The notes beneath the pieces are model-generated. The model was not told where the DNA came from. It searched no databases and worked only from the letters and a program-made list of their open reading frames with translations. A stretch of 64,000 bases of DNA from Octopus vulgaris. Its lineage: Eukaryota. The translations under genes and the position numbers were made by a program. Location: contig OX597819.1 in assembly GCA_951406725.2 (NCBI GenBank), positions 67,394,001 to 67,458,000 of the forward strand, read 5' to 3'. Below, one piece after another: positions 10,620-24,829 of this stretch. Position 1 is the first letter of the stretch. Each line of letters starts with the position of its first letter.

Positions 10620-12150
10620 ATAAAAATCTAAAGAGAACTTCTGGATTATGCTACAAATTGAATCTAGCCTAGACAACCTGGTCCATTGGAGTAGGGAGTT
10701 CTTGTTCATTCAGTTCTATCCAGGCAATTTGTCCAGATTCCGTTTAATAGTGATGGGATCTTTTCCCTCTTTGATCTGTTTCGGGACAATGTTAAATATG
10801 GCAGGGCCTGCTGAGGAAAAGAAATTTTGTTGTAGTGTATTTATGTGTTGTGATCCTGAATTGGGTAGGGGAAGTATGGCTCGTGGTCCTATCATTGTAT
10901 GAATTCTGAAGCCAATGTTGAATTCGTTTGGGCAATGCTGGCGATATATTCTCCACAGCTTACAAATGGTGTATCGCTCACGTCGGCGCAGGAGAGTTTC
11001 AATGCTTTAAGGTGATTCCAAAAATCGAAATCAGTCATGCCCTTAATTCTTTTAGTGAATAACCTCTGGGATGATTCAATTTTCGAGATGTTTTGTATGT
11101 GGAGACCACAGGGTACAGCAATAGTCGTGTTATGGCTGTACAAAGAAGGAGAAAAGAGCAATGATGACATATTGGTCGCTTGACCAGCAGGTTTTTAGGA
11201 ACCAGTAGCTCATCCTACGGGCTATATCGACCTTATTGTTGATGTGGGCACTCCAACTGAGTTTGTTATCAACAATTACTTCTATTATTAGATGCCAAGA
11301 GCGGTTCACTTGAAGGAACAGAATATAGCCGTTTTTACATAGTCTTTCTTCCAAAATGCATCAGTTGAAAGTTTCCCTCGTTGAACTCCATTTTGCTTTT
11401 GCCTGTCCTTTGAATCAGAGCAAGTTGCTCATACTAGAGTTCATTTCGGTCTTCTTCTTCATTGATACTTTTCTGGAGCTTGGAGTCATCAGTGAATATT
11501 TTCACATTGATGTGTTTTATAACGCTGGAAATATCGTTTAAATAGATTATAACGGGCCCAAGACAGTCCCCTGAGGGTCACCGCTGGTGACTTTTGCTTG
11601 TATTGACTGGTCTTTACCGATCATAACATGCTATGCTCTGTTCTTCTGGAAATACTCAATTCAGTGTCGAAGTTTTCCACAGATTCCAACATTAGACAAT
11701 TTTGACAGTAGAATATTATGGTCAACTCTGTCGAAAGCTTTATTAAAGTCACGATATATGACATCAGATTTCGAACCTGATCCCAAGGCTTTAAGGATAT
11801 CATCGATTTGATGTAAGAGCTGCGTTAGACAGACCCTGTCACAACGAACGCCATGCTGGTTTGAATTTAGGAGTTTGTGGCTCTCCAGGAAGCCAGCTTT
11901 CCTTGATCTTACCACCCTCTCAAACACATTAAATATATGGGAGGTGAGGGAGATTGTGTGATAACTCACTGCGAGCGATTTGTTTCCCTGTTTAAAACCC
12001 GGGATGGCAGAGTGGGATAAGGACTGTTTCGGTATATAACCTTTGTCTAAAGAACTTTTCCAGAGGTTGATCAGAGGAACTTCAAGTTGATGTCTACCTT
12101 TATTCAGGAGACTAGCGGGAAATCTATCAGGGCCGACAGCAGAATAATAT
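10620..12150 (-). mobile_element. CR1/Jockey-group LINE ORF2 reverse transcriptase relic
   Basis: YHTISLTSHIFNVFERVV...NQHG...CLTQLL...DVIYRDFNKAFDRVDHNILLSKL; PQGTVLGP at ~11550-11580; LSWSAHIN; IESSQRLFTKRIKG; frameshifted. Confidence 0.85.
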
Positions 12151-12936
12151 TTGATCGAATTTATTGCTCTGATGTATGAAGCAGTAAATGGTGTGTCCGC
12201 GATAATATTTATATGTATGTATATGTGTGTATTTATATATATGAGTGTGTACGTGTGTCTGTGTGTTGGCGTCTATATATATATATATAATTTGCACATT
12301 CTATGCGTGTTACATCATCAATTTGGTAGTTACATGCCCGGTATGGTCGTAAATTATTTTTATATTATTCTGTAATGCGCATATATTTTGACGGATATTA
12401 AATTTCCAAAATATATGTTGCACTTAACTGCGATTGTTTTATTCTTCTTCTAATTATAATTATAGAAAAGAGTATGCTATACAATTTGAAGTGGTCATCA
12501 TATCATAATAATTCTAATACTGTTTCAAAGATAGTGAAGTGAACGTTATATATTAACTGATAAATGTTATTGTCTGGTAATATTTTGCTCGGTTATATTT
12601 TCCAAGCCAAATATATGTTGGATGATAACAAGATATTGACCACGACATATAATATCCAGATGAAAAGTATATATAGATATACATGCGTGAATATGTATAC
12701 GCATGTATGTTCGTGTTCGTGTGCGAATATATATATATAGGGAGAATTCACACATAAAGCAGAAGACGAATACAGGTGGTGTAAACGATAACGAAACAGA
12801 TGAATTAGATTAACGCTCGGGAAGGAAGTGAAAAAGTCTTTCACGTTTCGAGCCTACCCTCTTCCACAAAAAGGAACACAGAAAGAAACAAGGAGAGAAA
12901 ATAAAGAATGTGCAGTGGCTAGCAATCTATCATGGC

Positions 12937-12986
<50 letters not shown>

Positions 12987-14501
12987 GGTGAGAGGGAGAG
13001 AGAAGGAGATAGAGATAAATAGATGCTCAGTCGCCTGCATACACGTACACATTTGCATGCATACATGCTTACATGCTCGCGCACGCACAGACACACACAC
13101 ACACACACGCGCATATAGGTATATATATAATATGTATTATGTCATGTATGTATGTATATAGAGAGAATTTTGAAAAAAAACAAATGACGAAGACGGGTGT
13201 ATTAGTTTGATTCTCGGGAAGTGTGTATGTGTATACTTGTTTATATATGTACACCATTTGCTGATGGATATAGCGCAGATTCGCATATAGGCAATGCTAT
13301 TTTAAAATTACATTTTGTAAAACACTTATGGAAACATATTTTAACGCACGTTAATAAAATGAAACGTACGATATTTCTGCGCACAACTATGTTACTGTGA
13401 CTGAATACTGAATAAATTATGAAACTATGAATTTATTAATCATATACTGAGTTATGTTTCAATTTCATCATCTGTTAAATCCCTGTAGCTGTTCATGTTT
13501 AATTAACAGATCTGCTATATATCATATACGAAAACAACTTAATTTTGCCAATAACATTTTTTACAAACCTAGTGGGTCATCAGCGTGATAGCATCGACAT
13601 TATAGCCATGGATTTGTTACCATTCAATCATTGTAATATAACTGAGCGGTAGATTAAAGTTTTAAATTCTATTTCTGCTTGTAGGAGTGCATAATCACAA
13701 ATTTCGTAAGCGTATCTCGGTCAGTGAATAACGTAAAAAATAATATCAGCTTAGGATTAGATATGCTGATGAAAAATTATATAATAAGTAAATGTGGTCT
13801 ATCCATATAACTCCCGACAAAATATTACATAATATTCGTTAGATTTGTGTGGGGGTCGACATAATATTACATAATATTCGTTAGATATTTGGGAATTTTT
13901 TTCAATTGTGTATTACTAAGCTTATTGTGTCACAGAACATTTGGACTTCAGGTAATTTAGCTTAAGGCATTCGATTCTTAATATGCAATTTGGAGCCCCC
14001 CCCCCCCCAACAAAAAAACGGTAAGCATTTTATATGAGGAAAATCAAAAATAAGTGCGCCTTATACATTGGCAAATATCGAATCAAAGGCGTGTGTGTCT
14101 GCATTTCCCCAGCACCATCACTTGGCAACCGAAGTTGTTCTGCTTAGTTACCCCTAACTTGGAGGTTCAGCAAAAGAGAACGATAGAATAGGTACTAGAC
14201 TTACAAAGATTAAGTGCTGGGGTCAAGTTCTTCCAACAAAAAACACTTCAAGATATATATATATGTGAGAGTTTGTGAACGAATGCGTGTTTGTATGCAA
14301 AGGAAGGAAAGGAAGAGAGAAGTAACTATACTAGGGTGTAGTCTATATTCATACATAAATCCATCCACATACCCATACACACACAGACACATATATTTAT
14401 ATATATACATATATATATGTGTTGTGTGTGTATATGTATATATATATATGTATATATAAGTGTATATATGTATATATATATATGTTATACACCTTACTTA
14501 T

Positions 14502-14552
<51 letters not shown>

Positions 14553-15379
14553 TGTGTGTGTGTGTATATGCATGTATTTATATATATATATTGTTGTGTA
14601 CATAATATATTTAGCGTGAGTGAAAGAGCAAGTAAATGGAATTCATAAATTTCTTTAATAATCACCACGTTTGTATCGGTGCATCACGAATGAGATGTTA
14701 TACAAGTATGTCACGTCAGATGACTTGTCTAACGATACCTCATTGTTTAACCTGAGTTTCGCTCATCTCGATGAGAATGCATTTAGGTAGCTGTCTTGAG
14801 CTAATCGCATACAGGTGAGACTATCAAAAGTTAGAAATACCCGAAAACGGAAAATTCGATTAGAAAAAAGGATTTCATGGACGAAGCGACAATCACACAT
14901 ATTCTATTGATTATAATTCTTGATTGAACTTTCTGTCGCTGATCTGGATTCTACCAGGGAAGTTTATTCCACTTTAATATTCAATACATACATTTAATAC
15001 ATTTTACATTATTTAAACAGCGCTGAATTAGACAAAGAAATTTTTTGTTAATGGAAAATCACACCGGAAATTCTGAAATTACAGGACAGTAGTCAATCCT
15101 TTGGCATGAAGTATTCTAGTCATTTTTGTAATCTAAAATGATATTGATTCATCCATAGTTTTCATGTCTCACCACTATATATATTGTTAAAAGGTTTACA
15201 ACATCCACATCAAAAACAAGCATAATCATCATTGCCACTTTCATCGGAATAGCAGTGGTCTTCTCTTCAATCCTAGTTCCCACAAGTGCCACAGTCCTCG
15301 TAATCATCATTCGTCATCATCATCATCATTCGTCATCATCATCGTCATCCTCATCATCATCGTCATCATCATCGTCATC

Positions 15380-15437
<58 letters not shown>

Positions 15438-15633
15438 GCATCATCATCATCAATATCGTCATCCACGTCAACATAGTTATCCTCCTAATATTTGTCTACA
15501 TTATCGGCAACACAATCAATCAATTGATATAGTTATCTTAATTACATAAATATATACAGCAACAGGTCCCAAACAATAAAAACTAAAGGCAGCGTTAGTA
15601 TAACAACGAGCGGCTGCACATGTTTATAAATAG

Positions 15634-15706
<73 letters not shown>

Positions 15707-15734
15707 CATATATATATACATATATATACATTAT

Positions 15735-15795
<61 letters not shown>

Positions 15796-16071
15796 TATAT
15801 ATGTTTATACACACACACATATATGCATATATATAAGAAAAATGGGATTTAAAAATCCTGCCTGATATCAATAAACCACTCAGAATTAAAAGAATTTGAT
15901 TACCAATATTCACCAACTAGGCACCAGTAAATGTAAGCGGAATACATATCACAAGTAAATCCTCGTGTGTGAGAAGTACACCCAACCATCCTTCGGTAAA
16001 ATTTCAAGAAATCCACACTATTTAAGAGCCATAATACATGCCTATTCCCTGATCTATCTATTTTTTTTCTT

Positions 16072-16240
16072 TCTGTGATACACGATCCCTTTTGATCGCT
16101 TTTTTTTTCCGATCCCTTTTAATCGAAATTTTACATTTGTTTCCTTTTTTTCTTTTTCCTTTTCCATCTTCGAAAAGAAAATTTTTACATTTGTATTTGT
16201 CTCCTCTTTGTCCATCCCTATGTGACCAATAAAGAAAGTT
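16072..16240 (+). mobile_element. Short 3'-UTR-only copy related to the Tx1-like element, in TATC repeats
   Basis: ctgtgatacacgatcccttttgatcg and ccctatgtgaccaataaagaaagttatctatc match the reverse complement of 35850-35877 and 35560-35590. Confidence 0.7.
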
Positions 16241-16502
16241 ATCTATCTATTTATCTTTCTGTCTATCAATCTATCTATGTATCTATCTGTCTATCTATCG
16301 GTCTATCGATCAATCTTTATTTTTAGAGATGTATTTATATGGACGAGCTTAACATGGATTAGAGATAAATGAAACACAGATATTTAGCGGCAGCCATGGA
16401 ATTTTCTACGAAATTCAAAATATGCTTTATAATAGTAATTAGTTACACTTAGTTTCTTGTGCTTTTAAAAGTGTGTAACCTGTTGATGAACTGGAAGAAA
16501 CT

Positions 16503-16601
16503 ATGACGATATCAGAAATTGACGCCATGAACAAGTGTAGCGATGAAATAAACGGCACAAATATACATTTTCTTAGAGCTGTCTGATATGGTTTTAGTTT
16601 T
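16503..16601 (+). pseudogene. 5' stub of array GPCR (copy 3)
   Basis: Shared pre-start motif (cctgttgatgaactggaagaaa), then MTISEIDAMNKCSDEINGTNIHFLRAV*YG, matching TNIHFLR.I.YG of other copies; homology ends near 16600. Confidence 0.75.
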
Positions 16602-16810
16602 AATAGGCATTTCTATCAATCTCCACGCCACCAGTGTTAACCAAGGGAAAGACAACGCCAATACCTTGGCACCTGTGACGTCGCAACTCATTTCTACAGC
16701 TGAGTGAATTGGAATGACGGGAAGTAAAGTGTCTTGCCCAAGAACACAACACGCAGCCAGGTTCTGGATTCGAACTCACTAGCTCACGATCGTAAGCTCG
16801 ACGCTCTAAC

Positions 16811-16873
<63 letters not shown>

Positions 16874-16900
16874 CATATATACATATATATATATATGTAC

Positions 16901-16949
<49 letters not shown>

Positions 16950-17194
16950 CATATATATATATATTATATACATGCACACATACATGTCGAACTATTTATC
17001 TGTCACTCTCTCTTTGTATAGACATTTATATGGACGAGTTTAACAGCTATCAGAGACAAAAGAAATATAAGGATATTAAACAGCCAGACATGGATGTTTC
17101 TGTGAAATTTGAAATATACTTGATAATAGGAATTAGTTACTCTCAGATATTCCAGCTTCAAACGTATCTGACCTGCAGTTAATTGGAAGAAAAT

Positions 17195-17950
17195 GTGAAC
17201 AAAATTGCTATCAACACAATGAACAACAGTAGTGATGCAATATACGATACAAATATACATTTTCTTAGAACTATAGGATATGGTTCTGTTTTGTTATTGG
17301 CATTTGGCTCAATCGAGAATTTAGCAGTCATTATAATATTTCACCAAAGGAAAATGCGTCAGACGAAAATTACTTCATATCTTCCTTGTTTGGATGATGT
17401 GGAATTCATTGCTATCTTGGTGTATTTACCAAAATTAATTTTGCAGTCTACTAATATTCAATCTAACAATTCATACATCAGTATATTCGACAATAGAATA
17501 TGTGATGGATTCGTTTTATCTCTTATTTAAATATTCTTCCCGGAAAACAGTTACCACATCTATTGACCGTCTATTAACTATTTCTCAACCATTTTACAAA
17601 CTTCATTCTTCACATCGTTATAAGCACTGTTGTAGCTTCTTGTATCTGTTACTGTTACGTACACAATGCTGACAGTAGTTTTAAAGCATGAACTGTATTG
17701 CATGTGCACTGGAATTTATAATCTGCTCTATTTCGCTGGTGTATAATTTAATTCATCGACCAGAACTCGGTCAGCATTTTCAGCGGAATGCCTCACAGCA
17801 GCCACAATATTCTGTTTATACCGTCATTGCTATAAACTCCCTCTTTCTGCTAACAACCTTTCCTGTTTCTATTCATTATTTTGTAATCGCACTCAAAAGC
17901 CAGCGTAGTGAGACCATAAACATTTTCTTGCATATGATAGCTTGTATCCA
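17195..17950 (+). pseudogene. Array GPCR pseudogene (copy 4)
   Basis: First ATG replaced by GTG; TNIHFLRTIGYGSVLLLAFGSIENL...KMRQTKI; frameshift/stop near 17528; TM5-TM7 remnant (LIHRPELGQH...FLLTTFP...MIACI) ends in a CA microsatellite near 17950. Confidence 0.88.
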
Positions 17951-17996
17951 TATGCACACACACATGCACACAGGCACACATACACACATACGCACG

Positions 17997-18043
<47 letters not shown>

Positions 18044-18799
18044 GCACTCACACACACAACACACACACACACACTCACAGGCAGACGTGCGCACACACGC
18101 ACGTAATATATATATACATATATAAATGACAGTTGATTCTAATCTTCTTTATCTGAATTGCCTCTTACAAACATTCTGAAATCCACAAACCGTAGCGTAG
18201 CAGCATATAATATGGCATGACTAGAGAGAAATAGCTAAATATAAAGAAGCACGAATTCTGAATAAAAGGTAACTGAATTATTATATTGCCATTTACTGCA
18301 TCCACGACCATTTGTAATAAATAACCGTGAGGTGAAAAAATAAGACGTGCAGGACACTAGGAATTCGACCACCAACAAATGTCTGATCGGAAAGCTGGGT
18401 TATTAATAGTTGTAGCATAAAATGCGGCGAACTGGCAGAAACGTTAACTCACCGGGCGAAATGCTTTGCGGCGTTTCTTCTATCTTTGGAACGTTCTCAG
18501 GTCGTCGTTGCCTTTCATTCTTTCGGGTTCGATAAATTATGTACTAGTTGCTTTCTTGGATCGATGTAATCGACTAGCCACCTCCCCCAAAACTTTGGGC
18601 CTTGTGCCTAGAGTAGAAAATAGCAGTTGTAGTATAGGCTTAAAGTATTTTATTCATGCGTCCAGTAATACGCCCTTGTCTAACATATTTGCTCTCCAGG
18701 GTGTGAAAACAATATTCTAAAATTATTCATCAACATGATGCTAAGTAATGCTAGAGATCCTGCAGAAACAATATTTCGTTACCTTTAGTGATTCCCTCA

Positions 18800-19850
18800 A
18801 TCTAAGCGTCAGTAATTAGAGAACACAACACACTTCATATAAACCCACCCATAGTTTTTCGCCACCACAGCACTAAATGAAACCAAATATCGTTCTGCTG
18901 AAGGGAAAATGAATATCAGGGAATTTGACTCTAGCAGATTGTCTAATAAATTCTCTTTTAGTGTCCTGAAAGAATGCTGACGCCAAAATACTTCTCAACA
19001 AGCCGACCAGTTCAGAATTTTGTTAGACAGTATATCTAAACATTTCTCATCCTACAATCATCTGAATCATCCAATAGATTTACACCACTTGCAGTTAATT
19101 ACCAACCATTCCCATTTTCCTCCCACTAACCAAGTGTTTGAATGTCTGAAGGCATCAACAATAACTGGCTCTGGAGAGAGTAAATATGTAAATTCCAGCA
19201 AGGATGGCGTTCGTTGAGCAGGGATTAGATAAGAAATCCGCAACTACAGGACATTGACGAAATTCTTAATGATTTTAGAGCAAGTTCATTAATTGATGTT
19301 ATACACCTTACTTTTAACGTTGTCCGAAACTGAGAGCCATGGTAGATTACTGGACTGGCTTACGAACTTCCTAGTGAATTTTTTTTTTTAATTGTGATTT
19401 ATATATTCCACTCAACCGCTGCAGAAATGAAGTGATGACAACAACCTTCAAATCTTTAACGAAAGATAAGATGAGAGAAAAATATTCTGGGCCGATCTAC
19501 GTGTTGTATATCAATGGGTGGAGAAATACAGTATGCGTCTAAACATTTCAAAATTTGAATTCATTCACTTTTTGAAAGGAGAAAGTAATGAATCAATTTG
19601 CAGGAAAACAACCGATGGTTTCCGTATGTATACATAAATTCGAAGTAATCGTTGGCAACAAAACAAGTTGGTCGGTTCTAATCAACATTAAAGTCGCTAT
19701 GGAGGTCAAGACGAGTTCCTGGAAACACAGAAGTTTGCAATCCAGAGAGACACATGTCTATAAGTTCTTAAAATCACACCAAGAGTACAGTGTAACCATC
19801 ATACCAAGCAGAGTTTTATTGGAATTAAGGCACCACAGAGGGCTGTTATA
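18800..19850 (+). mobile_element. Highly decayed CR1-like LINE relic
   Basis: QLQDIDEILNDFRASSLIDVIHLTF resembles the RT segment in the 11661-11969 ORF; VIVGNKTSWSVLINIKV resembles VIVDNKLSWSAHINNKV. Confidence 0.45.
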
Positions 19851-20855
19851 AAACGGTCACACACACACACACATACACAGACAACCATTTACATATATAT
19901 ATTGGTATATATATATATGCATATTCATACATATACATATACATATAAACGTGTATATGGGTGTTAGCGTGTGTACAAAACTCCCTGCTCAATCGGATAC
20001 ATACACGAACATAGCTGCATGCATACAATCTTATACACTCACATACACTCACCCACACGTATGTAGATAATATGCATGTATGTACCATGTATGTATGTAT
20101 CTATATATATATGTATATAGATATATATACATACATACATATATACATACATACATATATACATACACACACATACATACATACATACATACATACATAC
20201 ATACATACATACATACATACATACATACATACATACATACATAGGTTCTGAAAGTTATGATCATGGAAATTATGTGATGGGGGAAGAATTCTGTAGTTCT
20301 GAATTCGATGGGCAGAAAGTAAATAACCCTTGCTTCCCCCATTCTCACCTCCTCCATCAACACCACCACACGACACACCACCATACAACACCACACTACA
20401 TCACACCACCCCGCACACATTAGCACATATCGCTTCTCAGCACCAACACCACCCCGCACTTACTAGCACTGACCACTTCCCAGCATCTACACTATTATCC
20501 ACACAGCTACACGTGCACACACCAACACATCAAGGTTACCAGCCCCCTTCCACACGCACATATACGCTCTCACATACTTACGCATGCGTACCTTCATTTT
20601 GGGATCACTACTACTTTATTATATCCCCTTCTTCCTAGCACTCCTGTGTGACCCCTCTGTCTGGCATTCGCTATGATTGATCGCTAGCCACTAAGCCTTT
20701 TTCTATATTTTCTCCCTGTTTATTTCTCTGTTCCTTTCTGTTGAAGAACGTAGGCTGGAAGCGAAAAAAGTCCTTCTCACTTCCCGAGCGTAAAACTAAT
20801 ACATCTGTTTGTTGATTACACACCCGAGTGTCTTTACACTTTGATACATACGTAA

Positions 20856-20905
<50 letters not shown>

Positions 20906-21277
20906 ATTCCAAAATACTGCAGATCACAAAAACAACAAGGCTAGGACGTGTAACATGTAAAGTATTTGCACATTCTCAGGGAAGGAAAGAATGGTAGTTT
21001 TACGTTTCGAGCAAAGGTCTTCTTGAGAATGGTTACATTTTGAAATATATATATATATATATATTTATATAATTTTCATATTATATAAATATACTTATTT
21101 GGACGAGCTTGACACGGATTCGAGATAAATTAATCAAATAGATATTAAGCAAGACATATTATTTCCTGGCAAATTTTGAAATAGATTTTATAAGAGGAAT
21201 TAGTTACATTTATTTATTGCCGCTCTACGTGTGCCTGACCTGTTGATGAAGTGGAAGAAAATGTTATTAAAACAGAA

Positions 21278-22222
21278 ATGGATGCAACGAACAAAAGTGG
21301 CAACACAGAAAACTATACAAATATACATGTTATGGGAGCTATACGATATAGCTGTATTCTTTTACTGATATTTAGATCTATCGGGAATTTAGCAGTCATT
21401 GCATTATTTTTTATGAAGAAAATGCATCAGACTAAAATTGTTCCTTATCTCCATTGTTTGGCCATTGTAGATTTTATTGCCATATTGTTATATTATTCAA
21501 GAATCATATGGCTATCATCTACTTTGCAATCTAACACGGCACATGCAGGTATTTTCAGGAGAGAAATATATAGGGTCGTCGCTTTTTATATGTTTATATA
21601 TTCCTCTTAGATATCAGTTATAATATCTATTGAACGCCTATTGGCTATTTCAAGCCCATGTTCCAGATGTCATTCTTCACATCGCTATAGGCCTTACATT
21701 GTACTGACTTTGCTTCTAGTATGTGTTGTTGTTACGTCCGTTATACTGACCGTAGTTTTAAAAAACAAAGTATATAGCTTCTGTGCAGTATTCTCCTTTT
21801 ATTCATTCATACCAGCTATGATTTTAATAATCAGCTCTCTTTTGCTGGTGTATAAAATACTCCATCCACCAGAACTCGGTCAGCATGTTCAACGGCATGC
21901 CACAGAGCAGTAAAAAAATACCATTTATGTCGTCATTGCTCTAAACTCATTGTTCCTAATAACAAACTTTCCTACATCTATTTTTTACTTTGTAATGGCA
22001 ATCCCAAATCAACCTAATAGGGTCATGTACATGTTTTTAGATATGTTAGCATGTATGAATAATTTTTTCAACTTTGTATTGTATGTTGCGGTAAGAAAAT
22101 CCTTTCGCAACAATTTTAAAGAAATCTGTTATAAACAGACTACAATGAAAAGGTATACGTTGTATTCGTTGCAGATTACAACGAACGAAATCTTTTACAG
22201 TTCTAGTACTTTGCCGATCTAG
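21278..22222 (+). pseudogene. Array GPCR pseudogene (copy 5), full length with two in-frame stops
   Basis: Track ORFs at 21251, 21641 and 21950 are in one frame; TAG at 21608-21610 replaces the conserved Trp of SSW, TAA at 21911-21913 replaces a Ser codon; native stop changed to GAA. Confidence 0.88.
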
Positions 22223-22454
22223 TATCTTCTTATTTATTTTTGTCTCTACAGTTAATATTTACATATTTATCGGTCTATCTTTCTTTTTATTTTCTCTCCC
22301 CGACGTAAACGTCAATCCTGTTAACAAATGTACATATAGTGATTTATACCTATAAATACATACATAGGTATACGTCCACACAGGCGTATAAGCCATTTAT
22401 TTTCTGTTATTTTCTGCTCGGCATCATCAAATTTAGAAGGTCTCCGTTATATAC

Positions 22455-22502
<48 letters not shown>

Positions 22503-22503
22503 T

Positions 22504-22576
<73 letters not shown>

Positions 22577-22890
22577 ATGTATAGAGTGTTAGGTGTGATG
22601 TACAGAATTGAATATTGAGAAAAAATGTCGACAGAACTTGGGGGAAAAATCCTTTTATTTCTTCATTATTATTAGCACTTTCATTCCTCTCTAGAACATG
22701 TCAAATGCAATTTGTGAATGTACAAACAGCTTGTTTATTTGTATAAAACCCATGTTTTTATTTTTGGAGGGGGGTTATTTAGAAGAGAACAGGGTTTTGT
22801 TTTTTGGGGTGAGGTTCCAAGACAATGTAGATGGACAGATAGAAATATAGTTAGGTAGATACGCTGATTTATAGATAGATAGATAGATAA

Positions 22891-22921
<31 letters not shown>

Positions 22922-22947
22922 GATAGATAGATAGATTCATAGATAGG

Positions 22948-23017
<70 letters not shown>

Positions 23018-23529
23018 TACATAGATAGATAGTTAGACAGATAGGTAGAGAGAAAGAGAAAGAGAATGGTATCTACCATCCTATTCACCATTCATTTATT
23101 TATTTAATTATTTTTTTTTTCCCATTGTATTGGAATGGGTTTAAGGATGGTGACCACTTAAAAAAAAAAGCAGGTGCGGTTTGGTCATCACCGAAAGGCT
23201 TTTTGCTTTCTATTTATCTCTCTTCTTTTTCCCCTTCTTTCTTCTTTCCTTTTTTTCTTTCTTTTTCTTCATTTCTTTCTTTTTATCCTCTTTTAGTTAT
23301 ATTTGGAATATACCCTTTCCAAACATTCATATTTGGAGGGAACTTTTTGATAAAGTGTTGTTCTGCATGAAAATACGTTTGTATAATATTTGCAAATTAA
23401 TAATTTGAAAAATGAATCAGTAAATAAAATAAAACAAATATATATTTATGCACACACACACATACATATATGTATACGTAAAGTTAGGGCATTATAGTGC
23501 TACACATATATATGTCGCAACATTTGTAG

Positions 23530-23840
23530 AGATGAGCCACATTTGGAATAAACAATTCAAATTCTCCACTTTATCTTCAAACATTCAACTTTGGAGTGAA
23601 TTTTTTGATGAAATGTAGTTCCATTGCTTTTCTTTTCGGTATGGCGTATCGTTCGGTGGACATTTGTACAATAGAACGATTTTGAATTTTCAGTCGCTGA
23701 ATAGTTCCAGATGCTTAGTGAATGGAATCTTGCGCAATTCTTCTTGTCGGATATGTTGCCTGTGGATGTTTTCACGTTGGCAGAGAGAATTATTTGTTTC
23801 ACCTATGAAAGTTACTTTGCAGTTTGGGCAGATCAACAAA
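23530..23840 (-). mobile_element. Penelope-like GIY-YIG fragment (duplicated at ~37330-37735)
   Basis: [44 protein letters not shown]...[13 protein letters not shown]. Confidence 0.75.
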
Positions 23841-23851
23841 CATAGACACAC

Positions 23852-24135
<284 letters not shown>

Positions 24136-24366
24136 TCGCTATAGTGTCTATCTTATTTAAGTCCTCGGTTGCAGAATGTGAGCATTTTAACTTACTGCCA
24201 TTGCTGACTATTTTAATACTATCTGATTTATGGCTAAATTTATTGCCCTCCAGTTTGCATACCCTTAAAGGGGAATTGTAGAGGAAGCATGTGAGCGTTC
24301 CGCTGACATATATCAGATCTTTGCTGTGTACACGACCCTGGTCAATGCTTCATTATAGTATTGGGT

Positions 24367-24575
24367 AGGGCGGCGAGCTGGTAGAAACGTTAACACGCCG
24401 GGCGAAGTGCTTAGCGGTATTTCGTCTGCCGTTACCATCTAAGTTCAAATTCCGCCGAGGTCGACTTTGCCTTTTATCCTTTCGGGGTCGATTAATTAGG
24501 TATCAGTTACGCACTGGGGTCGATATAATCGACTTAATCCGTTTGTCTGTGCTTGTTTGCCCTCTCTGCGTTTAG
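24367..24575 (+). mobile_element. tRNA-derived SINE (copies also at 18424-18620, 27205-27310, 38156-38360, 40966-41070)
   Basis: ggcggcgagctggtagaaacgtt (A-box-like), gttcaaattcc (B-box-like), shared core atcctttcggggtcgat; multiple copies. Confidence 0.75.
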
Positions 24576-24829
24576 GTATTTCATCTGTCGCTGCCCATTG
24601 TGGGCAATAAAAAATCAGCTTCATTATAATATTGTGTGGTTTGCTTGTGTTTATTTTTATGATAAAAACAGTTGTAAATTAAATCGACCTATTACATATT
24701 ACATTTTGTTGTGTAGTAATTACTTATTTTTCGACATAAAAAGTATTGAAAGCGCTACGAAGTTTCGGACAACGAAGCCATATAGTTTATTGAAATAAAA
24801 TTCAAGACGTAAAAAAACGAACTTCAGTA

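Noticed and set aside
13821-13887. 24-bp direct repeat aatattacataatattcgttagat around an 18-nt spacer
   Set aside because: Only two copies; best explained as a local duplication with no evidence of function.
15255-15476. Poly-His/poly-Ser ORF
   Set aside because: (CAT)n expansion within the GPCR upstream module; not coding.
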